From assembly GCA_965644295.1 (NCBI GenBank), contig CBFFRP010000180.1, positions 44,794 through 108,793 of the forward strand: a stretch of 64,000 nucleotides of DNA. Direction: 5' to 3'. The translations under genes were made by a program, and so were the position numbers. This document shows positions 1 to 10,355 of the stretch, one piece after another. This DNA comes from Paraphysomonas bandaiensis (taxonomy: Eukaryota; Protista; Chrysophyceae). The notes under the pieces are model-generated. The model saw only the letters and a list, made by a program, of their open reading frames with translations, searched no databases and was not told the origin of the DNA. Numbering within the stretch: position 1 is the stretch's first letter; each line of letters begins with the position of its first letter.

Positions 1-1194
1 TGCGCTGGGCAGTGATGGCAAGAGCCACTGTCACTGTTGCCAATAGGCCCTCAGGAACATTGGCCACAATGATACCAATAGTGAAAATGGCAGCTTTTAG
101 AGGTGGATACCCTGAGATACAATCGTCAATGTCAGGCAGCAATTCATAACCTCTTACCGATGATGATGGCAATGATGAAAAACGCGATTCCGATGGAGAG
201 AGCAATAACGGAAATGATTCCTACAAATCTCTTAATCTCCTGCTTCAACAGGGTGTCTGGCTTTTCTCCCTTCGTAGTGCGCTCCGCAATAGCCCCAATG
301 GCTGTGTCGTCACCTGTTCTCACCACAACACCTTTGCCCACGCCCTCAGTACAATTGGTACTGAAAAACGCCACATTCCTACCAACCAAGCACAAATCTC
401 ACAACCTCTTTATTGCAGGGTAAGAATCATACCTGGATCGTTCGGGAAGGTCGTCCGTCTTGCTAGGACCGCGCTTCTGAGGCTCACTCTCACCAGTTAA
501 AGATGAGTTGTCAACTTTTATGCCATTGCTCTCCAGCACTATCACATCAGCCGCCACCTTAAACCCCTTCTCAATCTTGACAACATCTCCAACGACCACC
601 TGGTCGGCATTCATTCGCCTGCAACAAAAACACATAACAACACATTACACAAGTCGACGAAGCGATTCACCTGTAGACGCCATCGCGCAACACATCACAC
701 TCCGCCGCTGAGAGCTTAAGAAAACCCGCCATCACCGAATCAGACTTAAACTCCTGATAGAATGAAAAAATCCCAGTAATGATTACCACAGCCACCAACA
801 CAATCCCCAACGTGAAGTTCTCAACATCGGCATTGATGCTATAGACGATAAAACACAGCACCGCACCGGCCCATAGCAACAGAGCAAAACCCCCAAACAA
901 ATGCTCCAAAAACTTAACCCACAGTGGAGTTCGCTTTGGCGGAGTAAGCGCATTGGGTCCATCTCTCTCCAATCGAGCCGCTGCCTCCTCAGCACTCAAT
1001 CCAGTCGAGAAATCAACTCCAAGTTGCTCGGAGAGCTCCTGATGGCTTAAAAAGTGTTCTGTTATAGCCTTTGATTTAGCCACTGCCTCTTCCACCTCTA
1101 GTGCGGTGCCCTTCTCATCGACCCCTTTGGGAGATGCTGATTCAGGCCCAGCGAGCTCTTCTTGAGAGGATAATTCGATTTTCTTCATTGACAT
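1..1194 (-). CDS. P-type ATPase IIC (Na+/K+-ATPase alpha-like), 5' part, multi-exon, runs off window start
   Basis: Exons encode [44 protein letters not shown] and, at 1-111, [17 protein letters not shown]; GT-AG introns between the ORF pieces. Confidence 0.92.
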
Positions 1195-2012
1195 CTCGCT
1201 ATCACTGTATCTGCTGCGTGTATGAGTTAAGCAGATGGAGGGATGTTATGTGATGCGGTACACTGTCTAATAGGGTGATATACGTGTGCTTCAGGTCAAT
1301 AGTATCACTCTGTGAATTATGGTCATGCCTGATTATGAAGAGCGTCGAGTGGGATGCAATCGCCATTTGTTTGTCCATGCTGATGCTTGTTCGTACACAG
1401 ACTACATAAATTAGATATGGAATACACCGCAGCACTACACCACCGGCATATCTGCAGTACGTCAGCCCATATGTTTCCACTCCACCCAAACCTCACGTTC
1501 CTAACGGCATCTTCTCTATGTGCCAAAATCAGGCCACTTACACTGCATCTACTACGTATTCTAGTATACACTGTCGTATACTCTGTAGGGACAGTATTTT
1601 AGAAATATAGAAATTGGTGATTTTGCAGTAGAAGTGTGCGATAATGCCGGTTTCTTAAAGTTATGGACGTTTTATGCCGAATATCTAGATATCACCTTCT
1701 TCAGTTTTTGCAAGAACTCAAACATTGTAAACCCCATCATCCCATCGTCCCATTCATACGGATATCAACAGGAGATTGGCAGTATGAAGTTGCACAATCT
1801 ACACAGTACACATCATACATATGCGGGTATACATATGTATACACATATACATTATACGTATACATACGATACATACCATACATACATATATAAACACACC
1901 ATATATACATATATACTGACAGTGTACATTGTCAACAAGACAACCGCACAACATCCAGCCCACTGCACCTGCTCTCTATTTTCTCCTTTCAGAAGGAACT
2001 GATTGTCTTAGA

Positions 2013-2589
2013 ATGAAACGGCTCTTCACTCTGTTGATGTTGATGGCGTGGTGTGTTGCTGTGTACGGCAAGAAGAGAGGCACTGGGGTGCGTAGAGCCC
2101 AACTGTAACATTTCCTCTCACGAGGTTGCGGTGATCAGGTTGATCGAGCCTGGAAAAACAAGCGACTGCAGTGTGAGAAGTTTGAGTGCTCGTATACAGT
2201 GCTGGACGAAGCGATGAACTGCATCAACAACTGCACCTCGCCGATGTGTTATCAGGTGAGCCATGCCCCTCGCAAGAGTCACATCGCCAGATTACCGTAA
2301 CTAAATGTCACCTTGTTGTCCTTATCAGTGCCCTGCTAGTAGCTTTCAACTATATCGCGATCAGCATTGTCGTGTATAGAGATGTATGCAACTAATCCTA
2401 CTGTAGGAAGTATATGGCTCCTCTCCATTGGAAGATGGTGAGGTGGACGACAAGAGGAACCGTTTATTCACGGCTTGTCTTAGGAAGGAGAGTAAAAATA
2501 TGAAAAGGGTAATTGTCATGTTGATTTCCGTTATTTACTTTTTACATGCCATATAGAATAAACCATCGGCGTCATCTGATAAAACGTAG
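2013..2589 (+). CDS. Small secreted Cys-rich protein (DUF4787-like), multi-exon
   Basis: Signal peptide MKRLFTLLMLMAWCVAVYG; spliced exons give NCINNCTSPMCYQ/EVYGSSPLEDGEVDDKRNRLFTACLRKE; not in the ORF track. Confidence 0.7.
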
Positions 2590-3095
2590 AAGTGAATCCT
2601 CGATAGATATGTGTATCATTATTAGCAGTGGTTTTTGTATAGTATTAGAACTTAACCGGACCTACAGCCTCATATGCCGTAGTGGAGTGAAGCTGATCGC
2701 GACGTGCTTAAGATGATGAATGTCTTCTACATGGGAACTTTTAATTGTAAGTGTAGTAGACTTCCATCGCAACATAATAATTTTATGTGCATTTCATTCG
2801 GCTGCGGTGCACCAATGTCCACAAGTGATAGAAAACGACAACTGAAATAATAAATATTATCACTGATGCATAGGTAATTAAATGTCCTTATGCACCAGCC
2901 GCTAAGGGTGCTACATTCATGCTGTCACTTGCTCTTGTAGCTCACGGCAACGTTCAAAGTTCAAACCAATCATCTCGACATCCAAACAGCATTTCCATGT
3001 GCTGACCTAAGGAGAAGTTTACATAGAGTAGAGCTGCCAGAAGATAAATGCCTTAGTAGTGAATAGGGGTGCAAGAGTCTGAACTAATGTAGCAA

Positions 3096-3482
3096 AAAAA
3101 AAAGCGTGGTGTGGTGCGCTCCGCTTGCAGGCAATGGGGTCCGTTAAATCGAATCCCTAAAACCAATCCTATATTATAATTTTTAAAAAGTAATATAATT
3201 CTTTTTTATATAACATTTTAATAATTCATTTTATATATATCTTTTTTATAATATATTATATATTAAGGGTTGAGGGTTTAGGGTAATTTTCAAGAGAAAT
3301 AAAAATAGATAAAATAGTTATAATTATTATAATATGAGAAAGGGCATCAACCCTATACTCAACACCAGCAGTAAAATAAAATAGAGAGAACAGCAGTAGA
3401 TTCTAAGATTGAAGTCCGCAGTAGCTACAAACGAGCTCGCCACTATACTAACAACGCTATCTAATCTACACAACACGATAGC
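3096..3482 (+). repeat. Left terminal inverted repeat of PLV
   Basis: AAAAAAAAGCGTGGTGTGGTGCGCTCCGCTTGC...CACGATAGC is the reverse complement of 20347-20733, with mismatches seen only near the inner end. Confidence 0.95.
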
Positions 3483-3567
3483 ATCCTCCTTTCTCTTAAG
3501 TGTTATTCATCATAAGTATCAACGACTAGCAACAATAGTATTTTTAATACTTTACATTTCAAGCAAA

Positions 3568-4146
3568 CTATGCACCAAGCTCATCACGATCAAACAACCC
3601 AGTCATATTGTCGCTTTCATGCCAATCAATTTCTGTCTTCATAAAATGAAGAACAAAATCAATAGCTTTTATTTCATAAGTGTACTTCAATTTCATAGTT
3701 TTGACATAGTTCAGCATTTCCCTCAAAACAGCTTCATCTGCTTCGTATTGATCAAGGGATGAATAGTGTTCAGTGTTTGCAACCCACTCAGGTAAATAGT
3801 TATGCTGAAAAATGGCTGCACCATCATCATTGGTAGCCTCTCTAGCCCATAACTTGGCCTGAAGTCGGACTCCTCTCTCTTTGGCCAATCTGTCGTCTCT
3901 GGCTCGCTGAAATAACCCTTTCAGAGTCCGTTTTCTGTCCAGATCCAACTTGAAAATCATTTGTTTAATATCGTAGAAGGCTAGGTTGTCTTGACTTCTA
4001 TTTCCTGTTGCAATTTTTCCATCTGCCACCATATCATTACTTACTTGTAGTACATGGCGACATAGCTGTTGAGTTGTCATTGTTGCCATATCAGCGCCTG
4101 ACTTTCTAGCCTTCTTACTGGCTTTTCCGATATCGATGTCGTCCAT
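3568..4146 (-). CDS. PLV hypothetical protein (likely start MDDIDIG at 4146)
   Basis: Open frame; ATG preceded by TATATACT as in other PLV genes. Confidence 0.7.
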   Translation of the reverse strand: MDDIDIGKASKKARKSGADMATMTTQQLCRHVLQVSNDMVADGKIATGNRSQDNLAFYDIKQMIFKLDLDRKRTLKGLFQRARDDRLAKERGVRLQAKLWAREATNDDGAAIFQHNYLPEWVANTEHYSSLDQYEADEAVLREMLNYVKTMKLKYTYEIKAIDFVLHFMKTEIDWHESDNMTGLFDRDELGA

Positions 4147-4305
4147 AGTATATATGTAATGGGTAAAGCTTTGTGTTAAAAGTATGAGGTTGCCTTGTTG
4201 CAAGAGGTGTTGCAACAGCTTCAGTTTAGATGTGGTATCTTCAATGGACATTTATGATATCTTCAGTGTTGTGTCCTGCATGTCAGCTTCAACTTCAAGA
4301 AAACG

Positions 4306-4542
4306 TCTGTTCACTCATTTTGAGTGAAAACACCCCTCTGTTCACTCATTTTGAGTGAAAACACCCCTTTGTTCACTGGTTTTGAGTGAAAACACCCCTT
4401 TGTTCACTGGTTTTGAGTGAAAACACCCCTTTGTTCACTGGTTTTGAGTGAAAACACCCCTCTGTTCACTAGTTTTGAGTGAGGGGTCACTCATTTTGAG
4501 CGAAAATCCACCCTGTTCACTGGTTTTGTGTGAAAAAACACC
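4306..4542. repeat. 31-bp tandem array with internal palindrome (5 full copies plus about 3 partial or degenerate)
   Basis: Unit T[CT]TGTTCACT(CA/GG)TTTTGAGTGAAAACACCCC; perfect units contain TTCACTCA-TTT-TGAGTGAA. Confidence 0.9.
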
Positions 4543-4559
4543 AATTTCAAGAGAATAAA

Positions 4560-4715
4560 TTAAACGAACTTTAGGCTATTGATTTTATTGTTCGCCTTTT
4601 TTCGTGCTCCGTTTACCTTCTTGTTTACTTTACTCTGAGCACCACTGACCTTCTTGTTCAGTTTGTTCTGAGCGCCTGTAATCTTCTTATTGAATTTTGC
4701 TTTCAATCTGTCCAT
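4560..4715 (-). CDS. 51-aa basic protein with 11-residue repeats (below ORF-track cutoff)
   Basis: MDRLKAKFNKKITGAQNKLNKKVSGAQSKVNKKVNGARKKANNKINSLKFV*; 33-bp DNA repeat; AT-rich TATA-like leader. Confidence 0.7.
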   Translation of the reverse strand: MDRLKAKFNKKITGAQNKLNKKVSGAQSKVNKKVNGARKKANNKINSLKFV

Positions 4716-4755
4716 AATAATATACCTATATATATTTTTCTACAGAATATATATA

Positions 4756-5709
4756 ATGAAAGACTTTTATACAGATGAGACATTTACATATGTCGTTACC
4801 ACAGTGAATAAGTCATCAGGAGATAATGCTTCTTGTGAGATACCTATGCTCGCCTTGCTACCTTCAGATGTAGAATACTTTATATGTGTTCCCTTGTATT
4901 TTCAGTCTACAAGTAATTTGTTCTCTATTCCTTCGTCTTCGGCTGTGATTCTGGAGGCTACAGACTTTGTAGAGGTTGGATGTTCAACTCACAAGACATC
5001 ATCATTTAAAGCAGTTACTCCGCCATTATTCGGAAGTGATGGAGGGATGCATCGGTTATCCTTAGTCAATAATATTAATCAAATGAAGTATGTTGTCCGA
5101 AATTTCAACAATAAAACCATTCAGTTTACATTTCGTAATGCTACAGGAATAGGTTTTCCCCAAAACGTCACTGCTCAAGCGGGGTGGGCTAAACAATGGG
5201 TTTTACACCTGTCCTTAACACCTATAAGAGAACATTCACCATGTAAGTATATAATAAGCAATAAACATAAATCATTTACATACACCATTACGAATAAAGG
5301 TGCGGATGGCTCTGCAAATGATTGTTACATTACATTACCACCAATACATGACAATTATAATAGATACTTTGTTGATGTCATTGACTTTAGTGTAGATAAT
5401 TCAACTATAGACAGTGGTTCAGTAAGATACATAAACTTGTACTCTTTCAACTGGGCAGAAAATGGTTATGGAGGATATAACAGTCAAACAGACAGAATGA
5501 TTGTGTGCAGTCCATATATTAGAAATGCCAATGAACCTTCATTATATAGCGGAGATGGAGCTGTATTTATGATAAGCAATATGAAGCAATCTAGAAGAGT
5601 AAGGTTTAAAATGTATGAAGCTACTCAGACGGAAGTTGCAAGCGGTGATGTAGATAGCGGTGCAACAACTTATTACTATATAACATGTAAAATAACGCCT
5701 ATTGACTAG
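4756..5709 (+). CDS. Tandem two-domain penton-like (single jelly-roll x2) protein
   Basis: Two repeats, TFTYVVTT..SGDNASCEI...WVLHLSLTPI and SFTYTIT..DGSANDCYI...YYITCKITPI; pattern resembles PLV minor capsid termini; TATATAATG start at 4756. Confidence 0.6.
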   Translation: MKDFYTDETFTYVVTTVNKSSGDNASCEIPMLALLPSDVEYFICVPLYFQSTSNLFSIPSSSAVILEATDFVEVGCSTHKTSSFKAVTPPLFGSDGGMHRLSLVNNINQMKYVVRNFNNKTIQFTFRNATGIGFPQNVTAQAGWAKQWVLHLSLTPIREHSPCKYIISNKHKSFTYTITNKGADGSANDCYITLPPIHDNYNRYFVDVIDFSVDNSTIDSGSVRYINLYSFNWAENGYGGYNSQTDRMIVCSPYIRNANEPSLYSGDGAVFMISNMKQSRRVRFKMYEATQTEVASGDVDSGATTYYYITCKITPID

Positions 5710-5734
5710 TAATAATTTCTATTATAAATATATA

Positions 5735-6190
5735 ATGCAAAATACTCAAAGTTTTACGTATGTTATTTCATCCGCTAATGCAGTTTCAGGAGATGCTGAA
5801 AATTGCTACATAGATTTAGACCCACTACCACAAAATTATGACTGGTACAGTGTTCAATGCACTGGTTTTATAATGAATTGTGAATCATTAGCGGTAGGAC
5901 ATCCTCAATATGTTTTATTGGTAGCCGATGATTTGGCAGAAGATGGATATTATCAAGGATTTGATAGTAACCCATGTGTGCTGTCATATCTCAATACAGA
6001 TGACACCATATCACAAATGACATCAGGGGAAGGGTCTTTGTTTAAAGTAAAGAACTTTAGACAAAAAAGAAGAATACATTTCAGTTTATATGAACCAGAT
6101 TTAACACCTATGGCTGGTGTTGTAGATGACTCTGCAACAACATATTGGTGCATATCATTGCTGTTTACACCTATTTTAGAGTTGAACTAA
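5735..6190 (+). CDS. Single-domain penton-like protein, paralog of 4756-5709 domains
   Basis: SFTYVISS..SGDAENCYIDL...AEDGY...GEGSLFKVKNFRQKRRIHFSLYE...TTYWCISLLFTPI. Confidence 0.6.
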   Translation: MQNTQSFTYVISSANAVSGDAENCYIDLDPLPQNYDWYSVQCTGFIMNCESLAVGHPQYVLLVADDLAEDGYYQGFDSNPCVLSYLNTDDTISQMTSGEGSLFKVKNFRQKRRIHFSLYEPDLTPMAGVVDDSATTYWCISLLFTPILELN

Positions 6191-7813
6191 ATCAATATGC
6201 GTTTTCCAAAATATTGAACCTGATCCTACAGTTTGGAAATTATTATATGTATGAATTTCAAATGTCCAATTATCGGCAACATCTCCAACAGTAAATATAA
6301 GCGGTGCTAGAGTACAACCTACAGTACTAACACTTCCACGATTTGCATCCCATACACCCGGACCATAAAGAGTTGCTCTTTCTAGCGTTCCATTTTTCTT
6401 AACTAATACACGCGCGCGTATATCTGTCCATGATTTAATACCCATGATTTCAAAAGAAACTTGTAGCATGTATCGTCCTGTATACTGAATGTAACCTGAT
6501 GAATCAATCATATTTGAATCACCGCCTGTAGGTGTTGTACTCAATTCCGAAGATGTCATATAATGTCCACCGCTAGATGTTTGATAAGTTGTATTATAAG
6601 CCATGGATGAGAAATAAGTTACTGGATCATCAATTTCTTCCCAATAACAATTTTTTTTGCTAGTTAATGTATCCAAATCCGTTCTATCAGTAGCTGTGAA
6701 CGCTGTTGTTTGAATGGTAGCATCTGGATATTCTACTTTTGTATAACAATTGATGTGATCACATCTTATTTCATCAATTGCGCCTCCTCCACCAGCTTTT
6801 AATAATGTATTGACTGGGAAAGTCCATTCATTTGAACTTCTTGTTATATCATCTAATAATGTGCTATAATCAGAACTAAACGCTTTTGTTTGTTCGCTAG
6901 CATCTGAAAATTCTAGAACACCGCCCGATCCTGTGATTTCAAACCTACAATTACTTCCTGTCATTCTGAATGTGCTTCCTGTACCTGACACAGTATGTAA
7001 TCCATAACTTTTATTTAGTAATAGATCGCTTGAAATAGTTAAATCATCATATCCGCCACCGGTATACGACAAAGGTGTTATAGTTGATTCAATGGTTGCA
7101 ATGTCAGATGTGTTAGTAGCTATGTTGGTTGTATTAGTGGCTATGTTAGATGTATTAGTGGCTATGTTAGATGTATTAGTGGCTATGTTAGATGTATTAG
7201 TGGCTATGTTAGATGTATTGGTTGATATGTTTGATGTGTTAGTCGCTATGTTGGTTGTGTTAGTAGATATATTTGATGTATTGGTTGCTATATTTGATTC
7301 GGCTGTTGAGAGGTCTACATCAATGCTAGCAATATCTGCCGTGTTAGTTGCTATATCACTTGTATTGGTTGCTATGTTAGTTGCGTTCGTTGCTATATCA
7401 CTAGTATTGGTTGCTATATTGGTGGTGTTTGTGGATATATTTGATGTATTGGTTGCTATATTGGTGGTGTTTGTGGATATATTTGATGTATTGGTTGCTA
7501 TATTGGTGGTGTTTGTGGATATATTTGATGTATTAGTTGATATGTTATTTGCATTCGTTGTAAGTTGTGTCTGTGCGTTTGAAGTGAGTCCATCAATATA
7601 ACTCAGTTCAACATCTGTTATAGTTGTGCCATTTGCGACAATACTAGCCCCCGATTGCATTGTTATATCAGTATCAATAATAATATTGCTTGTTTCAAGT
7701 GTGTCTAAATATATATTATCACTTGTTAAACTGCCAGTTGTAATTTCATCTGCTTTTATTGTTTGTAATCCATTCAAAGATGGTATGTTTAATGATGTAT
7801 AACCATTGTTCAT
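6176..7813 (-). CDS. Virion fibre/spike protein with heptad coiled-coil stalk
   Basis: About 20 I[AS]TNT[ST][ND] heptads; ITDVELSYIDGLTSNAQTQL and two [FY]xDAxxQTxAF fibre-type motifs; beta-rich C-terminal head; directly downstream of MCP. Confidence 0.75.
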   Translation of the reverse strand: MNNGYTSLNIPSLNGLQTIKADEITTGSLTSDNIYLDTLETSNIIIDTDITMQSGASIVANGTTITDVELSYIDGLTSNAQTQLTTNANNISTNTSNISTNTTNIATNTSNISTNTTNIATNTSNISTNTTNIATNTSDIATNATNIATNTSDIATNTADIASIDVDLSTAESNIATNTSNISTNTTNIATNTSNISTNTSNIATNTSNIATNTSNIATNTSNIATNTTNIATNTSDIATIESTITPLSYTGGGYDDLTISSDLLLNKSYGLHTVSGTGSTFRMTGSNCRFEITGSGGVLEFSDASEQTKAFSSDYSTLLDDITRSSNEWTFPVNTLLKAGGGGAIDEIRCDHINCYTKVEYPDATIQTTAFTATDRTDLDTLTSKKNCYWEEIDDPVTYFSSMAYNTTYQTSSGGHYMTSSELSTTPTGGDSNMIDSSGYIQYTGRYMLQVSFEIMGIKSWTDIRARVLVKKNGTLERATLYGPGVWDANRGSVSTVGCTLAPLIFTVGDVADNWTFEIHTYNNFQTVGSGSIFWKTHIDLVQL

Positions 7814-7860
7814 AATCGTTATACATTATAATTAGAAATTAAAATTAAGCAATGTGTTTA

Positions 7861-9276
7861 CTAAAATTGAGTGTAGCAGACTCCGGCTTCACACACCATA
7901 ACAGCGTCATACATTGCGTATGTATCAAATCTGACGGATGGAGTTGTTGCATTAGCGTTATATGTACAGTGCCAAAACACATCATCATTAGAGGTATTGT
8001 ATCCTGAGTAGATAGAATCTTTATCAGCATTTGAATATGTTTCAAGATCCATACCAACAAAGAAAGCCTCTGAACTGGCGGTATCATCTACATAATTTTC
8101 TGTTTCAGCATTAACCGTTGGGACATCAACATCATAATCTCCTAAATCAATATTAGGCTCGTGATTGATATCTGACACGCTACCTATAGCCTTTATAGCT
8201 TCAATGAAAAACTCGGGTACTGTTTCGGGTGCTTTAGATGGTACAACTTTTGAACCTAATCGGAGCGTATATTGTGCAAGATTATAATGACATGAACCCA
8301 TAGGAAAATAAGTAATAGCACCGTCGGCATTTTCTCTTTGAGTCATAAAAAGAGATTTCAAGCTGTTGAATTTAGCTGGCACAGGTATAGATACTTGTGT
8401 TGATGCGTTTGCTAGTGTTGCATTATATACATAGTTTCTCCATGCAGGAACAACCCACTCAAGTCTTCCACCAGGTGCGGAATTATTGATTATATTCATT
8501 GCTTCACTTCCAAGCTCCATAAATTGAGCAATAAATTCACAGTTATTTACTTTAAAAGAGGACAATGCAAGTTCAGAACAAATAAATTTCGCTGGGCTAG
8601 AAACTAGTTGAAGCTCAAGTCTAAGAGGTGCGCTTGTCATTGCAAAAAGAGGAATGTATTTGTCAGAGAGAGATCCAACGATAGAGAGCAAGTTAATGGT
8701 GTAAGTTCTAGTAAGAGTATCTCCGCCCGCTGCGATATCTGCAAACTGTGTTGTTTGTCCGTCATCAATAAGTCTTTCACCTGAGTTAATAGTAAAAACT
8801 TGGTTGGTTGCCCCTTGAATTTTTGTTAATAGAGTACCTGCATCTGCTACTGTTGAATCAGTCACATCACAAAAGGAATCTCTCGTTAACCCAGCCATAA
8901 TGTTTAATTTACCTTTAACAGAATCTCCAGATTGTTGTAATGACATAAGCATACCGACAAGATTACCGTAGTTATCAATATCTTCTAGGAGTTGAGAGCC
9001 ATGATAAAGTCTAAGCCTTTGAATGCAACCGTGAGCTCCAGCTCTATCTAAACGGGCGTAGGCATTTGCTCCGGCTCCATTAGTTACTGTCAAGTCAAAT
9101 TTTAAGAGTGATTCAGAACCCGCCATAACGAGATTCTGAGCTGTGGGGATATTAATGATGATAGTCTGCCCATCTAAGTAGTTTCCGACGCCATTCAATG
9201 GTTGAATGTGAGTGGAAAAGTTACGGGCATAAGCGCTTGATCGCTTGTTGGTGTATAATAGGTTGCGTGGTATCAA
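7861..9276 (-). CDS. PLV major capsid protein (double jelly-roll); start codon is TTG
   Basis: IQPLNG..Y..GQTIIINIP, ESLLKFDL, GAHGCIQRLRLYHGSQLLEDIDNYGNL, KYIPLFAM..PLRLELQL, FFVGMDLE; size and position fit a PLV MCP. Confidence 0.88.
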   Translation of the reverse strand: MIPRNLLYTNKRSSAYARNFSTHIQPLNGVGNYLDGQTIIINIPTAQNLVMAGSESLLKFDLTVTNGAGANAYARLDRAGAHGCIQRLRLYHGSQLLEDIDNYGNLVGMLMSLQQSGDSVKGKLNIMAGLTRDSFCDVTDSTVADAGTLLTKIQGATNQVFTINSGERLIDDGQTTQFADIAAGGDTLTRTYTINLLSIVGSLSDKYIPLFAMTSAPLRLELQLVSSPAKFICSELALSSFKVNNCEFIAQFMELGSEAMNIINNSAPGGRLEWVVPAWRNYVYNATLANASTQVSIPVPAKFNSLKSLFMTQRENADGAITYFPMGSCHYNLAQYTLRLGSKVVPSKAPETVPEFFIEAIKAIGSVSDINHEPNIDLGDYDVDVPTVNAETENYVDDTASSEAFFVGMDLETYSNADKDSIYSGYNTSNDDVFWHCTYNANATTPSVRFDTYAMYDAVMVCEAGVCYTQF

Positions 9277-9335
9277 AATAGTTATATATTATATGGATAA
9301 AATAATTATCTATATAATTTCAAAATAAATGCGTT

Positions 9336-9818
9336 TTATATTGTGTTGTTATTCATGTAATCTATATGTTTCTTGGTTTTAATATGCTTATAAATAGAAT
9401 CTCTTCGCATAACTTGGCCACAAGTACAGGTAACTTTTTCAGCACCACGTTTATTGTTGGCATCCTTTCTGTCCTGTCTTTGATTTCTTATACGTTCGTA
9501 TTCCTTTTTGCTCTCCGCGGTATGAACAACATTTTTGATTTTATTCACACAATCATTGTTTTGAATGTAGTGCCCTTCTCTTGCATGTAATTCATCTTTG
9601 CTGTTGCAAGGGTAGTTTTCTACTAAATAGATTGCACAATCAGGTTCATCTAGCAATTTAAATGAATAAGTGTAGTGATCTTTTCCTTTTTTGTAGCAAT
9701 TATAATTGTTGCGATGTTTAGCCAATCTTCTGGCTAGCGTAGGTTCACATGTTGATCCGTAATAAGTTTTACCACCTCCAACAATCTTGTAAATTTTACC
9801 TCTCTGATAATCTGGCAT
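9336..9818 (-). CDS. GIY-YIG endonuclease with C-terminal Zn-finger
   Basis: GKIYKI...YYGST...LARRLAKH...ELHAREGHYI...CVN; CTCG...HIKTKKH. Confidence 0.88.
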   Translation of the reverse strand: MPDYQRGKIYKIVGGGKTYYGSTCEPTLARRLAKHRNNYNCYKKGKDHYTYSFKLLDEPDCAIYLVENYPCNSKDELHAREGHYIQNNDCVNKIKNVVHTAESKKEYERIRNQRQDRKDANNKRGAEKVTCTCGQVMRRDSIYKHIKTKKHIDYMNNNTI

Positions 9819-9887
9819 ATTCTTTTATACTCTAACATATTCTTATATCTTAAAGTATTTTAAATTAAAAATTGACTTAAACATTAT

Positions 9888-10331
9888 TTATGCGAATCCA
9901 TCACCGGCGTCATCTGCGGTGGCTTGTGCGATCTTTTTCCTAGAGTTCCACTTTTCGAGATCATTAGCGTGTTTGTTGGCATGTTTAAGAGCTTTGTTAC
10001 TTGCGTTCTTATATTTGTGTAAAGCTTTATCCCCTTTATCAAGCCCTTTTCTAGCACCATGCAATCCTTTACTTGCTAAAGCTATACCATCGCCTACTAT
10101 AGGGACGTTTGATGCACCAGAATCTACTGCAGTAGTGAGTACAGCGTCGGCTATATCAACCCCCTTTCTAACGTTGTGTAAAACTTTTGATCCAGTATTA
10201 ACCACTTTACGGTTGATCTTTTGTGCTTTTTGAAGTACGTCGTGAGATTTATGCCCTAATTGATGAGCCTTCTTATCTATTTTGTGACCAAGCTTTCGAA
10301 CACCTCGATCAAACTTCTTACCTAGTTTCAT
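9888..10331 (-). CDS. Basic amphipathic virion protein candidate (11-mer periodicity; ends GDGFA)
   Basis: K/H-rich helical repeats KLGHKIDKKAHQLGHK; central NVPIVGDGIALA; lies in the capsid module. Confidence 0.65.
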   Translation of the reverse strand: MKLGKKFDRGVRKLGHKIDKKAHQLGHKSHDVLQKAQKINRKVVNTGSKVLHNVRKGVDIADAVLTTAVDSGASNVPIVGDGIALASKGLHGARKGLDKGDKALHKYKNASNKALKHANKHANDLEKWNSRKKIAQATADDAGDGFA

Positions 10332-10355
10332 GTATATATATACACTATATTTTAA

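Noticed and set aside
3258-3285. Telomere-like TAAGGG/TTAGGG motifs in the TIR
   Set aside because: Only three degenerate units; not enough to claim a telomeric function
3409-3762. 117-aa ORF crossing the left TIR
   Set aside because: Non-ATG start, overlaps the TIR and is antisense to a better ORF
4306-4542. CRISPR array
   Set aside because: Palindromic 31-bp units are directly adjacent with no unique spacers, and there are no cas genes
7092-7601. Hydrophobic 169-aa plus-strand ORF
   Set aside because: Antisense shadow of the fibre heptad repeat
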